The notes below the pieces were generated by a model that was not told where the DNA came from, searched no databases, and worked only from the letters and a program-made list of their open reading frames with translations. A stretch of DNA of 64,000 nt, taken from positions 69,780 through 133,779 of the forward strand of contig JAKLFM010000001.1 in assembly GCA_022711175.1 (NCBI GenBank). The letters run 5' to 3'. Positions 45,191-54,635 of the stretch are shown here, piece by piece (the stretch's first letter is position 1; each line of letters begins with the position of its first letter). A program made the position numbers and the translations under genes. This DNA comes from Bacteroidota bacterium (GTDB lineage: Bacteria; Bacteroidota; Bacteroidia; Bacteroidales; UBA4417).

Positions 45191-46936
45191 ATGAGTTCAC
45201 AATCCATTGACCCAAAGATACTTGAACGCGCAAACGTTTGGCTGCGAAGCAACATTGACGACGAAACCCGTGATCGCATCAACTCAATGATAGAAAACGA
45301 TCCAAACGAACTAACCGAAAGCTTTTACTGCGACCTGGAGTTCGGAACAGGCGGGCTGCGGGGCATCATGGGCGCCGGCACCAACCGGATGAACAGATAC
45401 ACCGTTGGCATGGCTACACAGGGACTGGCCAATTACCTGAAAAAAGTTTACGACGATGGCGAGGAACTCAGGGTGGCTATTGCCCACGATTCGCGCAACA
45501 ACAGCAAATCGTTTGCCCGTGTGGCTGCCGACGTGCTTTCGGCCAACGGCATACATGTTTTCCTGTTCGAGGACTTGCGCCCTACGCCGGAGTTATCGTT
45601 TGCAGTTCGTTACCTTCACTGCCACAGCGGCATAGTGATCACTGCCTCGCACAACCCCAAAGAATACAACGGTTACAAAGTTTACTGGAACGACGGCGCA
45701 CAACTCATTCCGCCGCATGATAATAACGTGATTGCCGAAGTGCAGAAGATCACCTCGATTGATGCGGTGCTGTTTACCGGCGACGATACTATTATCGACT
45801 GTATCGGTGAGTTTATCGACAGCGCTTACCTCGAAGCCATGATCAACTACAGCCTGGCTCCCGAAGTAATTGAAAAACAGAGCGATCTTAACATTGTTTA
45901 CACTCCGCTGCACGGAACCGGCATCACCATGATACCGCAGGCGCTCAGAAAATTCGGATTTGAAAACCTGCATATCGTTGAAGAACAGGCTGTTGCCGAT
46001 GGTAACTTCCCCACGCTCATTTCGCCGAATCCCGAGGAAAAATCGGCCATGGAGATGGCGCTGGCGTTGGCTGGAAAGGTAAATGCCGAACTCATCCTTG
46101 CCACCGACCCCGATGCCGACCGCATTGGCGTTGGATTGAAAGACCTTGACGGCAAATACGTGCTGCTCAACGGCAACCAAACTGCATGCCTGCTCACCTA
46201 TTACTTAGTGAAGCAATGGCAGACCAAAGGCAAACTCACCGGTAAAGAGTTCATTGTGAAGACAATAGTGACTTCGGAGCTGATGAGCGATATTGCTAAA
46301 AAAGCCGGCATTGAATCGTACGACTGCCTAACGGGTTTCAAATGGATTGCCGACCTCATTCGCAGGTTCGAAGGTGAGAAGACCTACATCGGAGGCGGCG
46401 AAGAAAGCTTTGGCTACTTAGTGGGCGACTACGTGCGCGACAAGGACGCCATACTCGCCTGCTGCATTTTTGCCGAGTGCACCGCCTGGGCAAGAAGCAA
46501 AGGCATGACGCTGTATGAACTGCTGGTTGATATCTACCGCGAGTACGGCTTATACAGGGAGAGCTTAGTAAACATCGTACGCAAAGGCATCAGCGGACAG
46601 GCGGAGATCAAGGCCATGATGGAGCAGTACCGAAGCCATCCGCCAATGGAGATCGCCGGCAGCAGGGTGGTAACCATCAAGGATTATCTTACTTTAAAAT
46701 CGAAAGATCTGCTCACAGGCACCGAAACTACCATTGACATGCCCAAGAGCGATGTACTGCAGTTTTTCCTTGAAAACGGAAGCAAAATTTCGGTACGGCC
46801 CTCGGGAACCGAGCCTAAGATCAAGTTCTATTTTGGTGTAAAAGGCGAACTGAAAGCCGGTGATGAATTTAAGAAAGCCGAAGCCGCGCTGGATGAAAAG
46901 ATTGCCGAAATTATCAGCTCGCTGGGATTGAAATAG
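45191..46936 (+). CDS. Phospho-sugar mutase (phosphoglucomutase/phosphomannomutase family)
   Basis: The active-site loop is TASHNPKEYNGYK. The metal loop ATDPDADR and GGEESFG are also present. Confidence 0.9.
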   Translation: MSSQSIDPKILERANVWLRSNIDDETRDRINSMIENDPNELTESFYCDLEFGTGGLRGIMGAGTNRMNRYTVGMATQGLANYLKKVYDDGEELRVAIAHDSRNNSKSFARVAADVLSANGIHVFLFEDLRPTPELSFAVRYLHCHSGIVITASHNPKEYNGYKVYWNDGAQLIPPHDNNVIAEVQKITSIDAVLFTGDDTIIDCIGEFIDSAYLEAMINYSLAPEVIEKQSDLNIVYTPLHGTGITMIPQALRKFGFENLHIVEEQAVADGNFPTLISPNPEEKSAMEMALALAGKVNAELILATDPDADRIGVGLKDLDGKYVLLNGNQTACLLTYYLVKQWQTKGKLTGKEFIVKTIVTSELMSDIAKKAGIESYDCLTGFKWIADLIRRFEGEKTYIGGGEESFGYLVGDYVRDKDAILACCIFAECTAWARSKGMTLYELLVDIYREYGLYRESLVNIVRKGISGQAEIKAMMEQYRSHPPMEIAGSRVVTIKDYLTLKSKDLLTGTETTIDMPKSDVLQFFLENGSKISVRPSGTEPKIKFYFGVKGELKAGDEFKKAEAALDEKIAEIISSLGLK

Positions 46937-47168
46937 TTACCTAGTAATGATGCTTGTGCTGACATGCTGATCAGTAATTTATCAGCATGGATATAATTGA
47001 GTGTATCAAATTTACAGAGGATTGTAAAATAGCTGATCCTGCAAAGGCAGTTTCGTATATCCAACTTTAACACATACAGCCATATGATAGATATAATTTG
47101 CTGTATATCTATTATTTGAAAAGGATGCGCATACACTGTCGTTGGGCTGCATTTAAAAACTCTACGCA

Positions 47169-47603
47169 ATGATGGCAAAAAAACTCCTCTACTTAATCGT
47201 AATCAGCTTTATATTAATACAATGTTCATATAAGGATGATAAGTACAAAGTTGGTCAGGTTTGGAATTATAAAACTAGACAGAATGAGGTTAATTCATCC
47301 TTAACTATTGTGTCAATAAATAATGATAAGAAAGAAGGTGTAATCATCGGAGTTCACCTTAGTAATATAAAATTCTCTAGAATAGGTAATTTTGATGAGG
47401 TAAATATTAATTTTCTTCCATTCTCAAAATCAGCCCTAGATAAAAGTGTTACTACAATAAAAGAATACACAGAGGAACTTCCTGATTTTAAGACTGAATA
47501 TGATTCATGGAAACATACTGATGACACTTCAATAAACAAATGTTTTAGAAGTTCCGTAATACAAGTTCTTGATTCAATAGAAATTAAGGTAGGAAAACTA
47601 TAA
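47169..47603 (+). CDS. Hypothetical small lipoprotein (low-GC orphan)
   Basis: A signal peptide with lipobox-like LIQCS is present. GC is about 30% against about 50% for neighbours. I recognise no family. Confidence 0.45.
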   Translation: MMAKKLLYLIVISFILIQCSYKDDKYKVGQVWNYKTRQNEVNSSLTIVSINNDKKEGVIIGVHLSNIKFSRIGNFDEVNINFLPFSKSALDKSVTTIKEYTEELPDFKTEYDSWKHTDDTSINKCFRSSVIQVLDSIEIKVGKL

Positions 47604-47619
47604 TAAAAGCAAAGAACAA

Positions 47620-47755
47620 AACGCCGCCCAACACGGGCTAAGCTGCCAGGCCTTTGAGTCCAGACACACAAGGCCAATTAGACAAAGGCCCGGCGCCAAG
47701 CCCAGGAACGTTATCCCCCCGCCTTTGCGGGAAAATCCCGCAACGCCGTTCTCGT
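47620..47755. other. GC-rich structured intergenic island (candidate small RNA or element remnant)
   Basis: There is a long imperfect hairpin at 47635-47703 (GGGCTAAGCTGCCAGGCCTTTG / CAAAGGCCCGGCGCCAAGCCC). A perfect hairpin TTGCGGGA-AAA-TCCCGCAA lies at 47725-47743. Both sit in an otherwise AT-rich gap. Confidence 0.3.
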
Positions 47756-48065
47756 ATGGATTTTCAATTATTTCAAGTGATTCAGGAAGAAAATTATACG
47801 ACATGGTTTATGACGGTTATGCTTGAATTTAGATCATGAAATTCAGATAATTACCTGATTTAAGATATCTGATACTGCTCATTCTTATCGGCCAATATAC
47901 TACCTGAATCTTTTCAGTCCAATTTGATCAACCGGATTTATTGTTGATGGTTTACACTGACTTTTGTAAATTTGTCCGACATTGTTGCCCTATTCCTGAT
48001 GAAGCGAACAAGAGTTCTTCTATTGGAAAATGATCATTACATTTGTATCAAATTATAACAATAAC

Positions 48066-49109
48066 ATGCTTAAATTCAATTTAACGGCGGTTGCAGTGCT
48101 TATTTCAATCGCTGTCCTATCCCAGGAATCACGCTGGGCATCGGAAAAAGAAGGAAAATGGAGGTTCGAAAACCATCTCCCCGAAAAAGGGCATTCATTG
48201 CGTAACGGAAGCCTGAGCACAACCGATAATGTGGCATACAGAAACAATGTGGCAACACTTGCCGAATGGTTCAGGCAGAACCACCCCATGCTCAAAAATC
48301 CCAAGGGATACGATGTGCGTACCTTAACCAGTTATGTTTGGAGCGATTATACAACCAGGTCGGAAGCTGAATTCGGGATACCCTCTACTATCGGATTTCT
48401 GTTCGAATTGTTTTACGCGGATGGCGGCAAATGGACTGTTGAACCGCCTCAATACCGCTTTGATGTGAATGCCCTGTTTGGCGGACACGACGGGTTCTTT
48501 TTCACCCCCGAATCAATTGTTGACGATGGCTCACGCTATGATCGTTCGCTGTCGGAAGATGTTGATAAAGCGCTGCGTGAGCTTACAAAATACTTCCGAA
48601 TCTATCCCCTGAAGGAACAACCCTGCCCGGGTGTGGATATTTACCAGGGCTTCCCCGGACAAGTCATGCAGAAGATCGTAGTATATAATCCTGACAGACC
48701 ACCGTATTGGCTGCCGGTTACCGTAAAGGAAATGGCTGATGCGCACCTTGCCTACTACTCCCTTATTCAAAAAAGGGAAATAGACAGAATGGTGCTTGAA
48801 CAATTGAAACAGGAAATCGCCGAATTATCGCAAGAAGAATTGGCAGCTCCGGCCTTTGCAGGACACGAATCACACTTTGCACTGAATGTAAACGGCAAGG
48901 GGATGGGGTTGCAAATCATGCGGTTCAACCCTGCCTATTGGGACCGTAATCTGCCCGTGAGCGCCATTCAGTTTATGACCTTCTGGAACGCATGTTTAAC
49001 CGAAGAAGCAATGAATGAGCAAAAGGAAAGAGCCTACCCCGCATACCCGCAATTATTTGTAAATCAAATTAACTGGAATGAAGTTGCCAAACTGATTCAA
49101 AAACAATAA
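48066..49109 (+). CDS. Hypothetical secreted protein
   Basis: The signal peptide is MLKFNLTAVAVLISIAVLSQE. I recognise no family. Confidence 0.55.
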   Translation: MLKFNLTAVAVLISIAVLSQESRWASEKEGKWRFENHLPEKGHSLRNGSLSTTDNVAYRNNVATLAEWFRQNHPMLKNPKGYDVRTLTSYVWSDYTTRSEAEFGIPSTIGFLFELFYADGGKWTVEPPQYRFDVNALFGGHDGFFFTPESIVDDGSRYDRSLSEDVDKALRELTKYFRIYPLKEQPCPGVDIYQGFPGQVMQKIVVYNPDRPPYWLPVTVKEMADAHLAYYSLIQKREIDRMVLEQLKQEIAELSQEELAAPAFAGHESHFALNVNGKGMGLQIMRFNPAYWDRNLPVSAIQFMTFWNACLTEEAMNEQKERAYPAYPQLFVNQINWNEVAKLIQKQ

Positions 49110-49123
49110 TAATAAAAAAAACA

Positions 49124-49981
49124 ATGGAGTTTATGATGAAAAGAAACATTCTTATGCTGATGGCCGCAGTTACACTGTCGAACTTGGTAAATGCACAGGA
49201 AGATGCAGGCGGCTGCAAAGATCATCCGATATTGACCAGACTTGAGAATTTTTACATCTCAGGCTGCGAGGAAAACTACAATGAGTTGCAACTGCGCACA
49301 AGCAGCAGCACTACCGAAACAAAAGAAGGAACACTTTTTTACATCTACTACCGCTATAATTTTGATGCCGGCATAAAAGCAAAAAGTGCGCTTCAGATTA
49401 TAAGGAATTACGAAGTGGCCATCACTAACAACGGTGGTAAACTTGTGTATAAAAATTCGAACGGAATGGAAGCCGCCGTCGAAGCCACATACCATTTGAG
49501 TACCAAAGAAAAGGAATACTGGGTTCAACTTACCAATTTTGCAGGAACAGACAATGCTGTAGAGGCTTTTACCTTAAATGTGCTGGAAATGGAAGCGATG
49601 AAACAGGAAGTTGATGCCAACGAAATGTTTGAGGCAATCAATAAAAACGGCTTTATTGCCCTGTACATCAATTTCGAGACCGGTAAATCGGAGATCAAGC
49701 CGGAATCAGTTCCAACCATTGATCAGATCGTTGATATGCTGAAACAAAATCCCGGTTTAAAAATAAGTATCGAGGGTCATACCGATAACGTTGGTAATGC
49801 ACAATCAAATCAAAGCCTTTCCGAATCGAGGGCAAAATCAGTGATGAATGCCCTTACTTCAAAAGGCATTAGCGTAAGCCGTTTGACCTCAAAAGGATGG
49901 GGTGCCACAAAACCTGTTGCCGACAATGGCACCGAAGATGGCAAAGCAAAAAACCGCAGGGTCGAAATCGTAAAGCAGTAA
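49124..49981 (+). CDS. OmpA-family protein (N-terminal unknown domain plus C-terminal OmpA-like peptidoglycan-binding domain)
   Basis: A signal peptide is present. The C-terminus reads GHTDNVGNAQSNQSLSESRAKSV...NRRVEIV. Confidence 0.85.
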   Translation: MEFMMKRNILMLMAAVTLSNLVNAQEDAGGCKDHPILTRLENFYISGCEENYNELQLRTSSSTTETKEGTLFYIYYRYNFDAGIKAKSALQIIRNYEVAITNNGGKLVYKNSNGMEAAVEATYHLSTKEKEYWVQLTNFAGTDNAVEAFTLNVLEMEAMKQEVDANEMFEAINKNGFIALYINFETGKSEIKPESVPTIDQIVDMLKQNPGLKISIEGHTDNVGNAQSNQSLSESRAKSVMNALTSKGISVSRLTSKGWGATKPVADNGTEDGKAKNRRVEIVKQ

Positions 49982-50025
49982 AGTAGCGCCGATATCTCTG
50001 GTCAGAAATAGGAAACGCAATGAAA

Positions 50026-50051
50026 AAAGGCGACAGTCACCTGTCGCCTTT
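50026..50051. terminator. Bidirectional intrinsic terminator between convergent genes
   Basis: AAAGGCGACAG-TCAC-CTGTCGCCTTT is flanked by an A-run and a T-rich run. Confidence 0.75.
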
Positions 50052-50076
50052 ATACATTTTATACAGAATCGCTGTT

Positions 50077-51078
50077 TTAAGCGCCCAGTGTAGCCACCAT
50101 CACGGCTTTGATGGTATGAAGCCGGTTCTCGGCTTCGTCGAACACGATGGACATCGGTGATTCGAAAACATCTTCGGTCACTTCCATGCCGTCGAGGCCG
50201 TATTTCTGGAAAATTTCCTCACCTATCACCGTTTCGCGGTTGTGAAATGCCGGCAGGCAGTGCAGGAACTTCACATTCGGATTTTCGGTTTTACGTACAA
50301 CGTCCTTATTAACCTGGTAAGGCAGCAGCAGGTTAATGCGTTCCTGCCATACTTCGGCAGGTTCGCCCATCGAAACCCACACATCGGTATAAAGGAAGTC
50401 GCAGCCTTTCACGCCTTTTTCCACGTTGTCGGTAATGGTGATGCGGGCGCCGGTTACTTCGGCTATTTCGCGGCACTGCTCCACCAGTTCGGGAGCGGGC
50501 TGGCAGCTTTTGGGAGCAACAGCACGGAAATCCATGCCCATTTTGGCAGCGCCAACCATGAGTGAGTTGCCGACATTGTTCTTGGCATCGCCGAGGAAAG
50601 CAAAGCTAACCTTGTTCAAAGGCTTGTCAGTGTGTTCCATCATAGTCATGAAATCGGCAAGCATCTGCGTGGGGTGGAATTCGTTGGTGAGACCGTTCCA
50701 AACCGGAACGCCAGAGTATTTTGCCAGCGCCTCCACAATGTCCTGTCCGTAACCACGGTATTCAATGCCGTCGAACATGCGTCCGAGCACCCGGGCAGTG
50801 TCCTTCATCGATTCCTTTTTGCCCATCTGCGATCCCGATGGGCCGAGATATGTTACATGTGCGCCCTGGTCGAGGGCGGCCACTTCAAAAGCACAGCGTG
50901 TGCGGGTGGAATCCTTCTCGAACAGCAGCACAATGTTCTTGCCTTTAAGCCTTTGCTGCTCGGTGCCGGCGTATTTCGATTTCTTCAGTTCGAAAGCAAG
51001 GTCGAGTAAGAATTTGATTTCCTGTGGGGTGAAGTCCAGCTCTTTCAGGAAATGACGGTTTTTTAAGTTGAAAGCCAT
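50077..51078 (-). CDS. argF: Ornithine carbamoyltransferase
   Basis: From the internal ATG at 51078, [20 protein letters not shown]...[24 protein letters not shown] and HCLPAFH closely resemble enteric ArgI/ArcB. Because of the adjacent carbamate kinase, it could be catabolic arcB. Confidence 0.9.
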   Translation of the reverse strand: MAFNLKNRHFLKELDFTPQEIKFLLDLAFELKKSKYAGTEQQRLKGKNIVLLFEKDSTRTRCAFEVAALDQGAHVTYLGPSGSQMGKKESMKDTARVLGRMFDGIEYRGYGQDIVEALAKYSGVPVWNGLTNEFHPTQMLADFMTMMEHTDKPLNKVSFAFLGDAKNNVGNSLMVGAAKMGMDFRAVAPKSCQPAPELVEQCREIAEVTGARITITDNVEKGVKGCDFLYTDVWVSMGEPAEVWQERINLLLPYQVNKDVVRKTENPNVKFLHCLPAFHNRETVIGEEIFQKYGLDGMEVTEDVFESPMSIVFDEAENRLHTIKAVMVATLGA

Positions 51079-51093
51079 TGGGTTTGAGTTATC

Positions 51094-51191
51094 GGTTAAT
51101 GGTAAATACTTAATGGTAAGTGCCGGGTGCCAGGTTCTGAGTGCCGAATTCCAGGTACCGGAAAAGGTACCTGGCACCCGGAACCCGGCAC
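51094..51191. repeat. Heptanucleotide-periodic inverted-repeat element between arcC and the OTC gene
   Basis: Fourteen consecutive in-phase 7-mers are present: GGTTAAT GGTAAAT ACTTAAT GGTAAGT GCCGGGT GCCAGGT TCTGAGT GCCGAAT TCCAGGT ACCGGAA AAGGTAC CTGGCAC CCGGAAC CCGGCAC. The central perfect palindrome is CCAGGTACC-N6-GGTACCTGG. Confidence 0.7.
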
Positions 51192-51196
51192 TCTTC

Positions 51197-52141
51197 CTAC
51201 ACAATTGATATCCTTGTTCCGCCGTTGTCAACGCCCAGCACATTGGCTGAGGTGATTATAGCGTCGCGGCTGGTATGTTTCACAAAATGGATGGCGGCCC
51301 TGATTTTGGGAGCCATGCTGCCTTCGGCGAAATGTCCTTCTTCGAGGTATTTTTTGGCCTGTTTCACGCTCATGCGGTCGATGGCCTTTTCCTGCGGAGT
51401 GTTGAAATTAATGCAAACCTTGGGAACATCGGTGAGAATGAACAGCTTATCGGCATTAATATTTCCGGCAAGCAGCGCCGAAGCAAGGTCTTTGTCGATC
51501 ACGGCGTCAATACCCTGCAGTTTGTTTTCGGCAACGTAAAAAGTCGGGATACCGCCACCGCCAACAGCAATCACAATCTGCCCGTCGCGGGCCAGTTTTT
51601 CGATGGATCGCTGGTTCCCGATCACAAGCGGCTTTGGCGATGCCACCACTTTACGCCATCCTCTTCCGCGCGGGTCCTCTTTGAAAACCGAACCGGTTGC
51701 AGCGGCCATTTTATCAGCCTCGTCCTTTTTATAAAACGGACCTACAGGTTTGGTAGGATTATCGAATGCAGGATCATCCTTATCCACCAAAACCTGGGTG
51801 ATGATAGTGATGATATCGCGTTCGAGTTCATGTTCGCGAAGTACGTTACGTAACTGTTGCTCAAGCACATAGCCGATAAATCCCTGCGAATAGGCAACTG
51901 AAATATCCATTGGCATTTCCGGCAGGCCATAAACCTGTTTACCGGCGGAGTTAGCCAGCAGGATATTGCCTACCTGCGGGCCGTTTCCATGCGTGAGACA
52001 AACATTGTATCCCCTGTTGATAAGGGTGAGCAGGCGTTCGCAGGTTTCTCGGGCATTGAGTTCCTGTTCCTCAATGGTTCCAACCTGGTCGCCCCTGAGC
52101 AGGGCATTACCTCCAAAAGCTACTACAGCAAGTTTCTTCAT
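51197..52141 (-). CDS. arcC: Carbamate kinase
   Basis: [24 protein letters not shown] and GGGGIP are present. I prefer the internal ATG at 52141. Confidence 0.9.
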   Translation of the reverse strand: MKKLAVVAFGGNALLRGDQVGTIEEQELNARETCERLLTLINRGYNVCLTHGNGPQVGNILLANSAGKQVYGLPEMPMDISVAYSQGFIGYVLEQQLRNVLREHELERDIITIITQVLVDKDDPAFDNPTKPVGPFYKKDEADKMAAATGSVFKEDPRGRGWRKVVASPKPLVIGNQRSIEKLARDGQIVIAVGGGGIPTFYVAENKLQGIDAVIDKDLASALLAGNINADKLFILTDVPKVCINFNTPQEKAIDRMSVKQAKKYLEEGHFAEGSMAPKIRAAIHFVKHTSRDAIITSANVLGVDNGGTRISIV

Positions 52142-52318
52142 AAAATCTCCATGTTTCAAGGCGCAAAGCTATGAATAATTCCACAGTCAGCAAAACACTG
52201 AAATAACAACCCTGTGTAGATATAACTGTTATTCAAACATTTAACGTCTCTGCATTGTCAATAAACCTGTGCACAGGATTGACTTTTATTGTGCAACTTT
52301 GCAACAAACCGCATTGGA

Positions 52319-53224
52319 ATGAAACAACAGCAGAAGGCATATCTCCTGGCGCTCACATCCATTGGCTTTTGGTGCACCATGGGCACAGCTTTCAAGCTTA
52401 CGCTGGGATATGTAAATCCACCGCTGCTGCTGTTCATGGTCACCGCAGTAGCTATTGCCTTTCTGCTGGCAGTAGTTATTGTAACAGGCAGAATTAAAAA
52501 CCTCTTTCCGCTGACCGGAAAAGACTTGCTGACATCGGCGCTCATGGGGCTTTTCAATCCATTTCTCTATTACATGGTACTGTTCAAGGCTTACAGCATT
52601 ATCCCGGCGCAGGAAGCCGTCACCCTGAATTACCTGTGGCCAGTGATGCTGGTGATATTTTCCATGATATTCCTCAGGCAGAAGATCACGCCGCTGAGTT
52701 TTGCAGCCATCCTGGTGAGTTTTGCCGGCACAGTTATCATTGCCACTCACGGCAATCCCGGCAGTTTCAGGTTCGAAAACCCGCTGGGAGTGATCCTTGC
52801 AGCCGGCAGCTCAATATTTTGGGCATCGTTCTGGATACTGAACATGAAGGATAAGCGCGACGATATCAGCAAAATGCTGATGAACTTCGTGTTCGGGTTC
52901 ATTTATATAACTGCCTGGAATCTGGCAACTTCAGGCTTCATGCTTCCACCGCTCAAAGGTTTGCTGGGATCGGTTTATATCGGCATTTTTGAAATGGGGC
53001 TAACTTTCGTGCTGTGGCTCACCACCCTGAAGCTTTCATCAAACACTGCCCGCGTTTCAAACCTGGTTTTCATATCTCCGTTTCTTTCGCTCATGCTGGT
53101 CTCAATATTTGTTGGCGAGAAAATCCTTGCTTCAACCATCGTTGGGTTGATCTTTATTGTCGGTGGAATTCTGTTACAGGCGTATTCTGCAAAATCAAAC
53201 CGGAACGAGGATTTAACACATTAA
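52319..53224 (+). CDS. EamA/DMT-family transporter
   Basis: The hydrophobicity pattern suggests ten TM segments and a duplicated EamA-like organisation. Confidence 0.75.
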   Translation: MKQQQKAYLLALTSIGFWCTMGTAFKLTLGYVNPPLLLFMVTAVAIAFLLAVVIVTGRIKNLFPLTGKDLLTSALMGLFNPFLYYMVLFKAYSIIPAQEAVTLNYLWPVMLVIFSMIFLRQKITPLSFAAILVSFAGTVIIATHGNPGSFRFENPLGVILAAGSSIFWASFWILNMKDKRDDISKMLMNFVFGFIYITAWNLATSGFMLPPLKGLLGSVYIGIFEMGLTFVLWLTTLKLSSNTARVSNLVFISPFLSLMLVSIFVGEKILASTIVGLIFIVGGILLQAYSAKSNRNEDLTH

Positions 53225-53341
53225 AATTGCATCCAATGATCAACGTGAATTCGCAACAGTCTGCATAATCAACGTCCTGAAGTCTGGATTCGCTCATCAC
53301 CCCAGGCCATTTCGTGCGAATTTAAACCGTACTTTTGCAGC

Positions 53342-54634
53342 ATGGACAAAAAGCGCGTCGCCTTTCATACGCTGGGTTGCAAGCTGAACTTTTCGGAAAC
53401 TTCCACTATCAGCCGCCAACTGGGAACGGATCATTTCCAACTGGTTGATTTTGAGGATGAAGCCGATGTTTATGTTGTACATACCTGTTCGGTGACGGCA
53501 GTTGCTGAGAAAAAATGCCGGGCAGCAATCCGTAAGGCGCACAAAACCAATCCTTCGTCGAATGTGGTTGTGATGGGTTGTGCTGCCCAGGCACACCCGG
53601 AGGCTTTTGAAAAAATGGAAGGGGTTACCCTTGTTCTGGGTAACAATGATAAGTTCAGGCTGAAAGAACTGCTTGAAAAGCAGAACGGGCAGCCCGGACA
53701 TATTTCGGACATCAGCAAAATAAAGGAATTTGTTCCCTCCTACTCAGCCAACGACCGCACGCGTTCGTTTTTCAAAGTGCAGGACGGGTGTGACTACTTT
53801 TGCACATTTTGCTCCATCCCATACATGCGCGGGCGAAGCCGCAGCGACAGCATAAAGAATACCATGAAAGTCGCCCATGAGATTGCAGCCACCGAAATGC
53901 GGGAAGTTATACTTACCGGCGTGAATATCGGAGATTTTGGACACCGCAACGGTGAGAAATTTGTTGATTTGCTGCGGGAGTTGGATCAACTCGATGGTAT
54001 TGACCGCATCCGGATTTCCTCTGTTGAGCCGGAACTGCTTACCGACGAAATCATCGAACTGGTAGCATCCTCAAAGAAACTGCTTCCTCATTTCCACATT
54101 CCCCTGCAGTCGGGTTCGGATAAAATACTTGCGCTCATGAAACGCAAATATAAACGTGAAGTGTTTGAATCGCGCGTTCTCAAAATCAAATCGTTGATGC
54201 CCGCTGCATGCATTGCTGCTGATGTAATTGTCGGATTCCCCGGTGAAACAACTGAGGATTTCGAGGACACATACCGGTTTATTAACGGGCTGGATATCAC
54301 ATACCTTCACGTATTTACATACTCTGAACGACCCGGTACCAGGGCAGTTGACTTTGAAGGACATTTAGATGAGAAGGAAAAGCGCCGTCGGAGTGCTCTC
54401 TTACACGAATTGTCGGAATCGAAAAAGCTGGCCTTTTACAATTCAAACATCGGTAAAACCTTCAACGTGCTGTGGGAATCGGACAACGTAAGCGGTATGA
54501 TGCACGGCTGGACCGAAAATTACATTCATGTGCGCACACCATTCAACCCCGCGCTCATTAATAAAGTCGAAACGGTCAGATTGTTATCGGTAGCAAGGGA
54601 GAAAGAACTGATCTTTGATGTTGAAAATACTTAA
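53342..54634 (+). CDS. mtaB: tRNA t6A37 methylthiotransferase MtaB (radical SAM MiaB-like)
   Basis: An N-terminal UPF0004 domain (HTLGCKLNFSE) is followed by the CDYFCTFC radical-SAM motif and a C-terminal TRAM-like region. Confidence 0.85.
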   Translation: MDKKRVAFHTLGCKLNFSETSTISRQLGTDHFQLVDFEDEADVYVVHTCSVTAVAEKKCRAAIRKAHKTNPSSNVVVMGCAAQAHPEAFEKMEGVTLVLGNNDKFRLKELLEKQNGQPGHISDISKIKEFVPSYSANDRTRSFFKVQDGCDYFCTFCSIPYMRGRSRSDSIKNTMKVAHEIAATEMREVILTGVNIGDFGHRNGEKFVDLLRELDQLDGIDRIRISSVEPELLTDEIIELVASSKKLLPHFHIPLQSGSDKILALMKRKYKREVFESRVLKIKSLMPAACIAADVIVGFPGETTEDFEDTYRFINGLDITYLHVFTYSERPGTRAVDFEGHLDEKEKRRRSALLHELSESKKLAFYNSNIGKTFNVLWESDNVSGMMHGWTENYIHVRTPFNPALINKVETVRLLSVAREKELIFDVENT

Positions 54635-54635
54635 A

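Noticed and set aside
47598-47839. Two short ORFs (68 aa minus strand, 61 aa plus strand) cross the GC-rich island.
   Set aside because: Their translations are dominated by Gly/Pro/Cys/Leu runs produced by the hairpin arms, and there is no start context. An RNA or DNA structure is the more parsimonious reading.
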